Below are positions 27,393 through 35,376 of a DNA stretch of 64,000 nt, in pieces. The first letter of the stretch is position 1, and every line of letters starts with the position of its first letter. The notes beneath the pieces were generated by a model, which was not told the origin of the DNA, did not search any database, and saw only the letters and a program-made list of their open reading frames with translations. Made by a program: the position numbers and the translations under genes. This DNA comes from Lentisphaeria bacterium (GTDB lineage Bacteria > Verrucomicrobiota > Lentisphaeria > Victivallales > Victivallaceae), in NCBI GenBank assembly GCA_017507125.1, contig JAFWBQ010000079.1:1732-65731 (forward strand), given 5' to 3'.

Positions 27393-28591
27393 CAGAGCAT
27401 GTGCCCCATACGTTCTTTTTTGGTTTGCAGATAATAGGCATTTTCAGTACCGGGCTCAATAACGATGGGAACTCGCTCCACGATTTCAAGCCCGTAGCCG
27501 GAGATCCCCACCAGCTTACAGGGATTGTTGGTCAGAAGCCGGATGCTTTTCACCCCTTGATCCAACAAAATCTGTACACCGATCCCATACTCCCGCAAGT
27601 CAGCAGGAAATCCCAGTTTTTCATTGGCTTCAATGGTATCACACCCTTCATCCTGAAGTTTGTAGGCGTGGACCTTGTTAAAGATGCCGATCCCCCTTCC
27701 CTCCTGCCGCAAATAGACCAGGATCCCGGCGCCGGATTCAGCGATTTGACGCATGGCGGCGTGAAGCTGATCTCCGCAATCGCAACGGCAGGAACCGAAA
27801 ACATCACCGGTCAGACACTCACTGTGAACACGGACAAGGACCTTTTCTTTATCCTTCACATCTCCGTAGACAAGTGCCAAATGCTCTTCGGAGTCAACTT
27901 TGGTACGGTAGGCCGTGATCTTGAATTCTCCGTAAGGAGTGGGAAGCCGGGCACTTTCGCCCCGTATGATCAACTGTTCATGGTGACGGCGGTAAGAGAT
28001 AAGATCCGCAACAGTTCCCCACTTCAGGTTGTGTTTCTTTCTGAATTCATTCAGTTGGGGCATACGAGCCATGGTTCCGTCAGGATTCATGATTTCGCAG
28101 ATAACACCCGCAGGTTTGAGTCCGGCAAGGCGGGGAAGATCCACCGCGGCCTCAGTATGACCGGCACGCCGGAGAACACCGCCGGGACGGGCAATGAGAG
28201 GGAATGAGTGTCCGGGAGAAACCAGTGAATCAGGAGTACTTTTATCATCAATAAGCGCCCGGACGGCCGCATGCCGGTCAAAGGCACTGATACCTGTCGT
28301 GACGCCCTCTCTGGCATCAACACTCTGTGTAAAAGCGGTACCGAAACGATCGCCAAGATTTGCGGGAGTCACAAGATTGAGCTTGGAGGCCTGTTCTGCA
28401 GTAATGGGAACGCAGATAAGACCGCACCCCTGAGTTGCCATGAAGGCGATCTGTGCGGGGGTTATCAATTCGGCGGCGCCCACGAGGTCGCCTTCATTTT
28501 CCCGGTTCTCATCATCTGCAATTACCACCAGTTTGCCCGCTTTTATATCAGCGATCAGCTCTTCCGGTGTATTGAACTGAAATTCACTCAT
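27392..28591 (-). CDS. ribBA: Bifunctional 3,4-dihydroxy-2-butanone-4-phosphate synthase / GTP cyclohydrolase II
   Basis: DHBP synthase block [12 protein letters not shown] and GTP cyclohydrolase II zinc block [21 protein letters not shown]. Confidence 0.95.
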   Translation of the reverse strand: MSEFQFNTPEELIADIKAGKLVVIADDENRENEGDLVGAAELITPAQIAFMATQGCGLICVPITAEQASKLNLVTPANLGDRFGTAFTQSVDAREGVTTGISAFDRHAAVRALIDDKSTPDSLVSPGHSFPLIARPGGVLRRAGHTEAAVDLPRLAGLKPAGVICEIMNPDGTMARMPQLNEFRKKHNLKWGTVADLISYRRHHEQLIIRGESARLPTPYGEFKITAYRTKVDSEEHLALVYGDVKDKEKVLVRVHSECLTGDVFGSCRCDCGDQLHAAMRQIAESGAGILVYLRQEGRGIGIFNKVHAYKLQDEGCDTIEANEKLGFPADLREYGIGVQILLDQGVKSIRLLTNNPCKLVGISGYGLEIVERVPIVIEPGTENAYYLQTKKERMGHML

Positions 28592-28614
28592 AAATATAAA
28601 CTCCTAAAAAGAAA

Positions 28615-29403
28615 TCAAATTTCAACATATCTGGAAAAGGGGGTTATTTTCAACGCTTTTCCGGTCAGGTGATCGTAAGAAACAGCAGCCCCGTCAACTC
28701 TGAACAGCCCTTTCTCAACGACGGGGAGCCTGTTGGGGAGTCCGATGGTAAATTTCTCAAGAACAGCAGGGATCTCCCTTCCGAGGACGCTTGCGTCAGC
28801 GCCGCACATTCCGGCGTCTGTAATGTAAGCAGTACCGGAGGACAATACTTTTGCATCGGCAGTCTGGACATGGGTATGTGTCCCGAAAACAGCGGTCACT
28901 CTGCCGTCGAGAAAATGCCCCATGGCAAGTTTTTCACTGGTTGCCTCAGCATGAAAATCAACGACAATGGTCTTTACTCTTGAGGGCATCTGGCTGAGCA
29001 GTTTTTCCACTGTTTCAAAGGGGCAGTAAGCTGAGTCTTTCATAAAGACTTTGCCTACGAGCGAGATGACAGCCACTTCACCGCTGCCGGGATGTTGAAA
29101 GATCCCCATCCCGGAACCGGGATGGCGGCTTGAAAAGTTGGCAGGTCTGACCATGCGGTCAAGAGAAACGATCTCACGGGGAAACTCTTTCTGATCCCAG
29201 GTATGGTCCCCCCCGGTCACGACTTCAGCGACCGTCAGCAGCTCCCTGACACACGAGGCACTCAATCCGGCACCGGCGGCAGAATTTTCCCCGTTGACGA
29301 TGGCAAACTGGGCGTTGAACTCACGCTTCAACCCGGGCAGTACTTTTGTAACAGCATTTCTGCCGCCTTTACCGACCACATCTCCCAAAAAAATCAGATT
29401 CAT
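28615..29403 (-). CDS. ymdB: YmdB-like (TIGR00282) metallophosphoesterase
   Basis: N-terminal MNLIFLGDVVGKGGR, GENSAAGAG and DFHAEATSEK blocks; 262 aa. Confidence 0.85.
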   Translation of the reverse strand: MNLIFLGDVVGKGGRNAVTKVLPGLKREFNAQFAIVNGENSAAGAGLSASCVRELLTVAEVVTGGDHTWDQKEFPREIVSLDRMVRPANFSSRHPGSGMGIFQHPGSGEVAVISLVGKVFMKDSAYCPFETVEKLLSQMPSRVKTIVVDFHAEATSEKLAMGHFLDGRVTAVFGTHTHVQTADAKVLSSGTAYITDAGMCGADASVLGREIPAVLEKFTIGLPNRLPVVEKGLFRVDGAAVSYDHLTGKALKITPFSRYVEI

Positions 29404-29428
29404 ACTTCACACTTCCATCTTCGCTCAC

Positions 29429-29448
29429 GTTCCTGAAAATTCAGGAAC
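29429..29448. promoter_or_regulatory. Perfect 9-bp inverted repeat GTTCCTGAA-AA-TTCAGGAAC in the ymdB leader
   Basis: Read directly. It starts 8 nt downstream of the predicted -10 on the minus strand and ends 26 nt before the ymdB ATG. Confidence 0.6.
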
Positions 29449-29455
29449 ACTCTAT

Positions 29456-29484
29456 AATATACACCTGCAAATGGATCAATTCAA
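29456..29484 (-). promoter_or_regulatory. Predicted promoter TTGAAT-17-TATATT for ymdB-ribBA-RNase II
   Basis: Minus-strand -35 at 29484-29479 and -10 at 29461-29456. Confidence 0.6.
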
Positions 29485-29512
29485 CAGAATCAGGAAAAAA
29501 AGTCCCTTAAAC

Positions 29513-30520
29513 TCACCGGGTTTTGAGAGTTATTCTGAAGGTTATTCTCCCTTCCGGGGGACGGGGGAGCAAATCGAGCCCTGTCAACAGATGCTCAACG
29601 GAGCTTTCCATAGAACGGTTACCGCTGGCACGGACGATCTTTGCCCTGCTGACTTTGCCGCTGGATTCAACAGTAATTTCGATCACAGTTTCCGGGAAAT
29701 CATCCCCCAGTAAAGAACGGGGCGGTTCTGTCCAGCGGGAGTAAATATAGCGCTCCACGTTTTTACCGTATCTTGCCCATTCAGCTTCATCGACCTTCCG
29801 TCCTCCCCCCGGCGCTTTATTATCGGCTTTTGGGGCATACTGCTGTGCCCGGTTGTTTCTGCCCACCGGCACACGGGGCGTCAAATTGACGGGAGCGGGA
29901 TCCCGATAAACATCATCCTGGGGATTCCGCCGCACAGGACGCGGTTTCACCGTTTTTTTGGGCTTGACGCTCTTTTTCTTTACCGGAACCTTTGGTTCGG
30001 GGCGCGGCTTCACCGTTTTTTTGGGCTTGACGCTCTTTTTCTTTACCGGAACCTTCGGCTCAGGGCGCGGCTTCACCGTTTTTTTGGGCTTGACGCTCTT
30101 TTTCTTTACCGGAACCTTCGGCTCAGGGCGCGGCTTCACCGTTTTTTTGGGCTTGACGCTCTTTTTCTTTACCGGAACCTTCGGCTCGGGGCGCGGCTTC
30201 GGTAGAGTTTTGGTTCTTCGCACCGGCACCTGGGGCTCAGTTGGAATTTTTTTCGGAGGAGCAGAAGGCACCACTGGTTCAGGGGGGGCAGGCGGGCGGG
30301 GCGGCGTTCTTTCAGCCATTCCGACAACTGGTCCCTTTGAAAGTTCCGCACCTCCTATTTTCACCCGGAACATATTCTTTTCCGGCGTGCGTTTTTCAAA
30401 AAGATCAAGCATCCATAACGGCCCGAAAATCATCCCGGCATGAAGCAGCGCCACCACCAGAAAAGTGGCAGCACGGCGCCCGCCTGTCCGGGAAGAAGAG
30501 GTGTTCCGGGACAAGGTCAT
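29513..30520 (-). CDS. tonB: TonB-family energy transducer with an expanded Pro/Lys-rich linker
   Basis: N-terminal anchor (AATFLVVALLHAGMIF), Pro-rich linker and TonB C-terminal-like domain (ETVIEITVESSGKVSRAKIVRASGN). ATGA overlap with exbD; lies downstream of exbB-exbD. Confidence 0.8.
   Translation of the reverse strand: MTLSRNTSSSRTGGRRAATFLVVALLHAGMIFGPLWMLDLFEKRTPEKNMFRVKIGGAELSKGPVVGMAERTPPRPPAPPEPVVPSAPPKKIPTEPQVPVRRTKTLPKPRPEPKVPVKKKSVKPKKTVKPRPEPKVPVKKKSVKPKKTVKPRPEPKVPVKKKSVKPKKTVKPRPEPKVPVKKKSVKPKKTVKPRPVRRNPQDDVYRDPAPVNLTPRVPVGRNNRAQQYAPKADNKAPGGGRKVDEAEWARYGKNVERYIYSRWTEPPRSLLGDDFPETVIEITVESSGKVSRAKIVRASGNRSMESSVEHLLTGLDLLPRPPEGRITFRITLKTR
29948..30199 (-). repeat. Four tandem 63-bp (21-codon) near-identical repeats inside tonB (unit KPRPEPKVPVKKKSVKPKKTV)
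   Basis: Units at 29948-30010, 30011-30073, 30074-30136 and 30137-30199. Units 2 and 3 are identical; the others differ at 1-3 third-codon positions, all synonymous. A partial fifth KPRP follows. Confidence 0.9.
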
Positions 30521-30933
30521 TTGGAGCTTTCCCCCTGAGTCACAAGAGTCACGTCAGTAAAACCGCCATTGCGGATCTTTGCCATAAGAGCGATAACATC
30601 CTTGTAGGCACATTTTCCATCCGCACGGAGAAGCAGCTGCAATTTCGGATTGGATTTCTTCAAACTTTTCAGTTTTTCGATCAAATCTGCAGTTGTAACA
30701 GGTTCATTATCTACGAGGATCGTTCCTTTATCAGTCAAAGATACACTCTTGAAATTATTATCCGGCAGTTCAGCACTGTTCATTTCCGGGGGGGACACCT
30801 GAGTTCCATACTCCATAAGGGGCATGGTGATCATAAAGGCGATGAGCAGCAGAAAAGTCAAATCGAGCAGCGGTGTCACATTGATCTCATCAATGGATTC
30901 CCGCTGCCGGTTCCGTTCACGGCGGCGGCGCAT
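30517..30933 (-). CDS. exbD: ExbD/TolR family biopolymer transport protein
   Basis: INVTPLLDLTFLLLIAFMI TM segment followed by a periplasmic domain; 138 aa. Confidence 0.9.
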   Translation of the reverse strand: MRRRRERNRQRESIDEINVTPLLDLTFLLLIAFMITMPLMEYGTQVSPPEMNSAELPDNNFKSVSLTDKGTILVDNEPVTTADLIEKLKSLKKSNPKLQLLLRADGKCAYKDVIALMAKIRNGGFTDVTLVTQGESSK

Positions 30934-30936
30934 ATT

Positions 30937-31695
30937 TTATTCTTCCCTGCTGTTGTTCTGTACAGTCTGTTCCAATTCCAGCTGTTCAAGTTTGAGTCTG
31001 ACCATAAACTCTTCGGTAAAGTTATCCATCATATTGGTCAGATGACGGATAGAGCCGTTGAGCATATTGTATCCCACCAGCGACGGGATCGCCACCACCA
31101 AACCGGCAACTGTCGTCAAAAGGGCACCAGCCACACCGGGAGCCAGTGCAAAGAAGTCCGGTTTTCCGGCGACAGCGATGCCGCAGAATGCCATCATAAC
31201 GCCCCAGACCGTTCCGAAAAGTCCGAGAAAAGGGCTCAAACTGACCATTGTTCCCAACATACCGATACGGGTTTCCAACTGTTCGATCTGATGCGAAACT
31301 TCACGTTCCAGAACGGCTTCGATCGCGCTGAGCTGAGCTTCAGAGAGTTTCCCTGCCTCACGGCGCCACGGATCATGAAAAGAAGAGGAGTTTTCGTAAA
31401 ATTCGTTGAGTTTGTCAACCCCGGCCGCATAAAGTTCGCCAATGGGTCCTTCGGGACGCTCGCGGCACAAAGTGCTTGATGCGATATTCCCCTGATGGGC
31501 ACGGAATTTGTAAAGAAAACGGCGGGAAAGCAGCTTCGCCCGTCTGAGAACCAAACCTTTGTCGACCATGACCGTCCAGGTGATACTGGAACTGATAAGA
31601 AGAAGAAGAACGATCCCCTTCCCTACGCTGTCGCTGTGCTGAAAAGCATAATAAACACCGGGAGAAGCAGCTGCAAACGGCACCAGAAAATTCAT
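30937..31695 (-). CDS. exbB: MotA/TolQ/ExbB proton-channel family protein
   Basis: Conserved LSPFLGLFGTVWGVMMAF block. Start trimmed to ATG 31695 (MNFLVPFAAASPG). The longest ORF (to 32121) would run antisense through the ROK gene and both promoters. Confidence 0.85.
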   Translation of the reverse strand: MNFLVPFAAASPGVYYAFQHSDSVGKGIVLLLLISSSITWTVMVDKGLVLRRAKLLSRRFLYKFRAHQGNIASSTLCRERPEGPIGELYAAGVDKLNEFYENSSSFHDPWRREAGKLSEAQLSAIEAVLEREVSHQIEQLETRIGMLGTMVSLSPFLGLFGTVWGVMMAFCGIAVAGKPDFFALAPGVAGALLTTVAGLVVAIPSLVGYNMLNGSIRHLTNMMDNFTEEFMVRLKLEQLELEQTVQNNSREE

Positions 31696-31786
31696 AAAAA
31701 AACTCCGTAAATTGAGTCCAAACGTCGCCGGATGGACCGAAATGAAAAAAAATTGCAAAAAAAACGAAAAAAAATCAATTTTGCCC

Positions 31787-31815
31787 TTTATAAAATATAG
31801 TTCAGGTATTATATT
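31787..31815 (+). promoter_or_regulatory. Predicted promoter TTTATA-17-TATATT for the ROK kinase gene
   Basis: -10 at 31810-31815 and a weak -35 at 31787-31792, 40 nt before ATG 31856. Confidence 0.45.
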
Positions 31816-31821
31816 CTGCAA
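31794..31821 (-). promoter_or_regulatory. Candidate exbB-exbD-tonB promoter (TTGCAG-16-TATATT). An alternative minus-strand -10, TATAAT, lies at 31813-31808.
   Basis: Read on the minus strand. Two competing -10 candidates exist, so the assignment is tentative. Confidence 0.35.
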
Positions 31822-31830
31822 GTGCAGAAT
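31813..31830. promoter_or_regulatory. Perfect 8-bp inverted repeat ATTCTGCA-AG-TGCAGAAT between the divergent exbB and ROK genes
   Basis: Read directly. It overlaps the last 3 nt of the ROK -10 and overlaps or abuts the candidate exbB promoter elements. Confidence 0.6.
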
Positions 31831-31855
31831 CAGAAAAAAATGGAGTTTTTTAATT

Positions 31856-32824
31856 ATGGCTACTGTAATCGGCTTTGATATCGGCGGAACCAAGATCGGA
31901 ATCGGTGTGGGCGATGAGTCCGGCAAGATCTTCGGCATGGCAAAAATCGACAATGTGAACACTGATCCCAATGACATTCTTCCTCTGATGGTGTCAGAGG
32001 CAAAAAGACTCTGCGATGAAGCCGGAGTCAAAATCGCAGATTGTCCCGCCTTCGGTATTTCCGCCCCCTTCCCCGCAGACGCCTTGCACGGCATTATGAC
32101 GGAACCGCCGAACAATCCCAAATGGAGAAACGTTCCGATCCTGAGCTATCTTCAGAACGAACTCAAGATCCCCGGCTGCTTTGAGAATGATGCCAACTGC
32201 GGTGCCCTTGCCGAATGGTTCTTCGGTGCCGGACGAAACTGCCGCGACTTCATCTACCTGACCATGAGCACCGGCATCGGCGGCGGTATCGTCTGCGCCA
32301 ATCAGCTGGTCCGGGGCGGCAAAGCCCTCAGTGCCGGTGAATTGGGCCACATCTGTCTGCAGCTTGACGGACGGCAGTGCAATTGCGGACAGAAAGGATG
32401 TTATGAAGCCTACTGCGGCGGCAGAGCCCTTGCCCTGAGAATGCAGGAGGAATTGAAAAACAAACCCGACAGCATGATCATGCAGCTGGTCAACGGCGAA
32501 GTTGAAAAAATCGACATGATCGCTCTGGAAAAAGCCGTCCGCGCCAACGATCCTTATGCGCTGGCGTTGTGGGACGAAATGGCACTGAGGAACGCTCAGG
32601 CATTCGGACTCTTCATCAACGCTTTCAATCCGGAAAAATTGATCCTCGGCACCATGGCATGGGCGATCGGAGACCTTTTTATGGATCCCATTCTGAAAAA
32701 TCTCCCCCGCTTCTGCTGGGAGGAGCCCCGCAAAGCCTGCCAGATCGTTCCCAGCGAACTCAAGCGCAGTATCGGTGCTTACGCCGGTATCGCCGCTGCC
32801 CTCAATTATCTGAAGGAACATTGA
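31856..32824 (+). CDS. ROK family sugar kinase (no N-terminal HTH, so kinase rather than repressor)
   Basis: Starts directly with the ATPase motif MATVIGFDIGGTKIG. ROK zinc signature CNCGQKGCYEAYCGG. Start trimmed from 31712. Confidence 0.85.
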   Translation: MATVIGFDIGGTKIGIGVGDESGKIFGMAKIDNVNTDPNDILPLMVSEAKRLCDEAGVKIADCPAFGISAPFPADALHGIMTEPPNNPKWRNVPILSYLQNELKIPGCFENDANCGALAEWFFGAGRNCRDFIYLTMSTGIGGGIVCANQLVRGGKALSAGELGHICLQLDGRQCNCGQKGCYEAYCGGRALALRMQEELKNKPDSMIMQLVNGEVEKIDMIALEKAVRANDPYALALWDEMALRNAQAFGLFINAFNPEKLILGTMAWAIGDLFMDPILKNLPRFCWEEPRKACQIVPSELKRSIGAYAGIAAALNYLKEH

Positions 32825-32849
32825 AAAACAGCCTCTCGCGTGCTATATT
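32821..32849 (+). promoter_or_regulatory. Predicted promoter TTGAAA-17-TATATT for the Na/Pi - fumarate hydratase - DJ-1 - tgt array
   Basis: -35 at 32821-32826 (overlaps the ROK stop codon) and -10 at 32844-32849. Confidence 0.6.
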
Positions 32850-32890
32850 ATGCGCGTGGAGGTCTGTGGTCTTTTCAGGCTGACTGACTC

Positions 32891-32915
32891 CCCCTTTGAA
32901 AGAGGCTCAAAGGGG
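32891..32915 (+). promoter_or_regulatory. Leader hairpin CCCCTTTGA-(7 nt)-TCAAAGGGG followed 4 nt later by TTTTT
   Basis: 9-bp perfect stem read directly. It lies between the predicted promoter and ATG 32942. Confidence 0.5.
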
Positions 32916-32941
32916 AAACTTTTTACAGCGAGGTTTGTTTT

Positions 32942-35359
32942 ATGCGTCATCTTTTTTTTCTTTTATTTTTCACATTATTGCTGATTTCCGGATGCGGAAA
33001 AAACACCGCAGACAAACTTGCTGAGGTCAAGATCACCGGCGGAAACAATCAATGTCTGGCTTCCAACAGCAAGATGGAAACGCCGCTCCGGATACAGGTG
33101 AACGGAAATAGTGGAAAAAATATTTTTGGAAAGTCCTCTTCACTGCCGGCTCCCGGGATCAAGCTCCTTTTGAGGAGTCCGGCTGAGGCAGCCGTCAAAA
33201 TCAAGCCTGTCACTGTTGTTTCTGACGAAGCAGGATGCGCTGAAGCTCTCCTTGAGCTGCCGCCTCATACCGGCGAACAGATCATCGAAATCGTTCCTGA
33301 AGGAGACGAAAAAAAGATGATCACTGCAAAAATCTATACCGGTATTGAAATTTCAGGTGCCGGAAAAGAATACTTTACAAGCAGCACCTCCGATGAGCCT
33401 CTTACGGTCAAAATCACCCGGAACGGCAGAGGTGTTGCGGGCATCCCGGTCAATTTCAAATTCGGCAACACTGTGGAAGGGCTGAAAAACAGTGCCCAGA
33501 TCATAACTCCTGACGCAGTGACCGATAAAAACGGAGTCGCTTCGACCTTTGTCAGACTGGGCAAAAAAACAGGTGCTTACAACATACTGATCTCCGTCGA
33601 TGCTCCGGCTGAAAATATCCGTTTTTCAGATATCAATGTGCAGCTTCAGGCAATTGACATGTTTTCAGTCATCCTCTGCGTCGTGGGGGGACTTGCGTTC
33701 TTTCTGTTGGGCATGTGCATGATGAGCGACGGGATCCGGCTTGCCGCCGGTGAAAATATGAGAAAGTTCCTCTCTTACTTCACCAGCAACCGTATTTCCG
33801 CGCTCCTTGCCGGAACTTTTGTCACAGCCATCATCCAGTCCAGTTCCGCAACCACCGTCATGGTCATCGGTTTTATCAACGCCGGTCTCCTCTCTCTCGT
33901 TCAATCCATGGGGATCATTTTTGGTGCCAACATAGGCACGACCATCACAGCCCAGATCATCTCATTCAATCTTTCGGGGTTGGCATTGCCTGGCATTGCC
34001 GCAGGTTTTTTCATGACTCTCAGCAAAAAACGGCTTATCAACGCATGGGGAACGGTGCTTCTCGGTTTCGGATTGCTTTTCTTCGGTATGCAGATGATGA
34101 GCAGTGAATTGAAACTTCTGGGCGAAATGCCCTCTTTCAGAATGTTCTTCAGTATCTTTGACTGCGCCCCGGTTGACGGCAGTTCTCTGATGCCCCTTGG
34201 TTCTGTCATCGGGGCTGCCATCATCGGCATTATAATGACCATGGTGCTCCAATCCAGCTCTGCTTTCACCGGTATCGTCCTTGCCCTTGCAGCCGGACAG
34301 CTGGTCAACTTCTATACGGCAGTGCCTTTGCTCATCGGTTCCAATATCGGAACCACTGTCACCGCACAGCTGGGGGCGCTCAACGCCAACCGGGTGGCGA
34401 AACAGGCAGCTCTCGCCCATACGCTTTTCAATGTACTGGGAGCAGTTATCGTTGTGCTTGTCTGTTACATTCCATACAAAGGTTATCCCTCATTCCTCTA
34501 TCTTGTCAACTCTTTCACTCCCGGCAACGCGTTTGCTGAAGTTCCCCAGAATCTTGAGCGTCACATCGCCATGTTCCACACGATCTTCAATATTGCCGTT
34601 TCTCTGCTTCTGCTCCCCTTTGTCAAGCAGTTTGCGCTCCTTTGCAGTCTCATTATTCCCATCCGTGAAAAAGTTCAGAATCAGCTTCTGGAGCCTGCTC
34701 TGCTCAACACCCCCTCGGTGGCATTGAAATTGACTTCCCGTGCCCTTGAGGAAATGGTCACAGGCGCATGGGATATGGTCAACAAAGCAGTCAACGAACA
34801 TTTTCTTACCGGCAACACTGACGGAGAAAAATACGAAAAACTTGTTGAAGCCGAAAGTAATATTGACAAGATGCAGTCAGATGTGACCTCCTATCTCGTT
34901 CAGCTGACCAGAAGACGTCTGGCTGAGCCCCAGTCAGAAATGATCCCCCTTCTCATGCACTGCACCAATGACGCAGAACGGGTCGCCGACCACTGTGAAA
35001 TCATTCTTCAGCTCAATGACCGTATGGTGAAGCAGGAGAAAAAACTTTCTGATATCGCCCAGAGTGATTTGAAAAATTTGTGGAATCATGTGGGTGAGAT
35101 CTCCACTCAGGTCATTTCCGGACTTGCCGGTCACGAACAGTTCTCTCCTGTCATTCTCAAACAGCGCATCAACAGGATCCATACACTGGCGGATCAATAC
35201 GAAGCTGAACATATTGAGCGCCTGAGAAACGGCTCCTGCACTGCCGCATGCGGCGTGATTTATATTGAGCTTCTCGGCGAGATCGTCAAGATCGCCGACC
35301 GGCTTGCCAACATTGCAGAGCGCTCCCCTGAAATCAGAAAACATTATGTCAATTTGTAA
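32942..35359 (+). CDS. Na/Pi cotransporter (NptA, type II-related) with C-terminal PhoU-like domain and an extra N-terminal lipoprotein Ig-like module
   Basis: Core blocks GMCMMSDGIRLAAGE..IQSSSATTVMVIGF and GANIGTTITAQII, repeated as GSNIGTTVTAQLG. Lipobox LLISGC at residues 13-18. Residues ~20-235 are Big_1/invasin-like (LTVKITRNGRGVAGIPVNFKF...TDKNGVASTFVRLG). Confidence 0.85.
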   Translation: MRHLFFLLFFTLLLISGCGKNTADKLAEVKITGGNNQCLASNSKMETPLRIQVNGNSGKNIFGKSSSLPAPGIKLLLRSPAEAAVKIKPVTVVSDEAGCAEALLELPPHTGEQIIEIVPEGDEKKMITAKIYTGIEISGAGKEYFTSSTSDEPLTVKITRNGRGVAGIPVNFKFGNTVEGLKNSAQIITPDAVTDKNGVASTFVRLGKKTGAYNILISVDAPAENIRFSDINVQLQAIDMFSVILCVVGGLAFFLLGMCMMSDGIRLAAGENMRKFLSYFTSNRISALLAGTFVTAIIQSSSATTVMVIGFINAGLLSLVQSMGIIFGANIGTTITAQIISFNLSGLALPGIAAGFFMTLSKKRLINAWGTVLLGFGLLFFGMQMMSSELKLLGEMPSFRMFFSIFDCAPVDGSSLMPLGSVIGAAIIGIIMTMVLQSSSAFTGIVLALAAGQLVNFYTAVPLLIGSNIGTTVTAQLGALNANRVAKQAALAHTLFNVLGAVIVVLVCYIPYKGYPSFLYLVNSFTPGNAFAEVPQNLERHIAMFHTIFNIAVSLLLLPFVKQFALLCSLIIPIREKVQNQLLEPALLNTPSVALKLTSRALEEMVTGAWDMVNKAVNEHFLTGNTDGEKYEKLVEAESNIDKMQSDVTSYLVQLTRRRLAEPQSEMIPLLMHCTNDAERVADHCEIILQLNDRMVKQEKKLSDIAQSDLKNLWNHVGEISTQVISGLAGHEQFSPVILKQRINRIHTLADQYEAEHIERLRNGSCTAACGVIYIELLGEIVKIADRLANIAERSPEIRKHYVNL

Positions 35360-35376
35360 ATATACGGAGTTCACTG

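Noticed and set aside
28592-29455. FMN riboswitch upstream of ribBA.
   Set aside because: ribBA is preceded by ymdB with a 23-nt gap, and the ymdB leader is only ~50 nt. That is too short for the ~130-nt FMN aptamer, and none of its conserved helices is apparent.
29948-30199. The 63-bp tandem repeats as a possible CRISPR-like or satellite array.
   Set aside because: The units are directly abutting with no spacers. They are in frame and encode a Pro/Lys-rich TonB linker, and all differences are synonymous. This is a coding repeat, not CRISPR.
31696-32121. N-terminal 142-codon extension of the exbB ORF, and the 48-codon extension of the ROK ORF (31712..31855).
   Set aside because: The extensions run through the shared intergenic promoter region and, for exbB, antisense through the ROK gene. 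Family-typical N-termini begin at ATG 31695 (MNFLVPF...) and ATG 31856 (MATVIGFDIGG).
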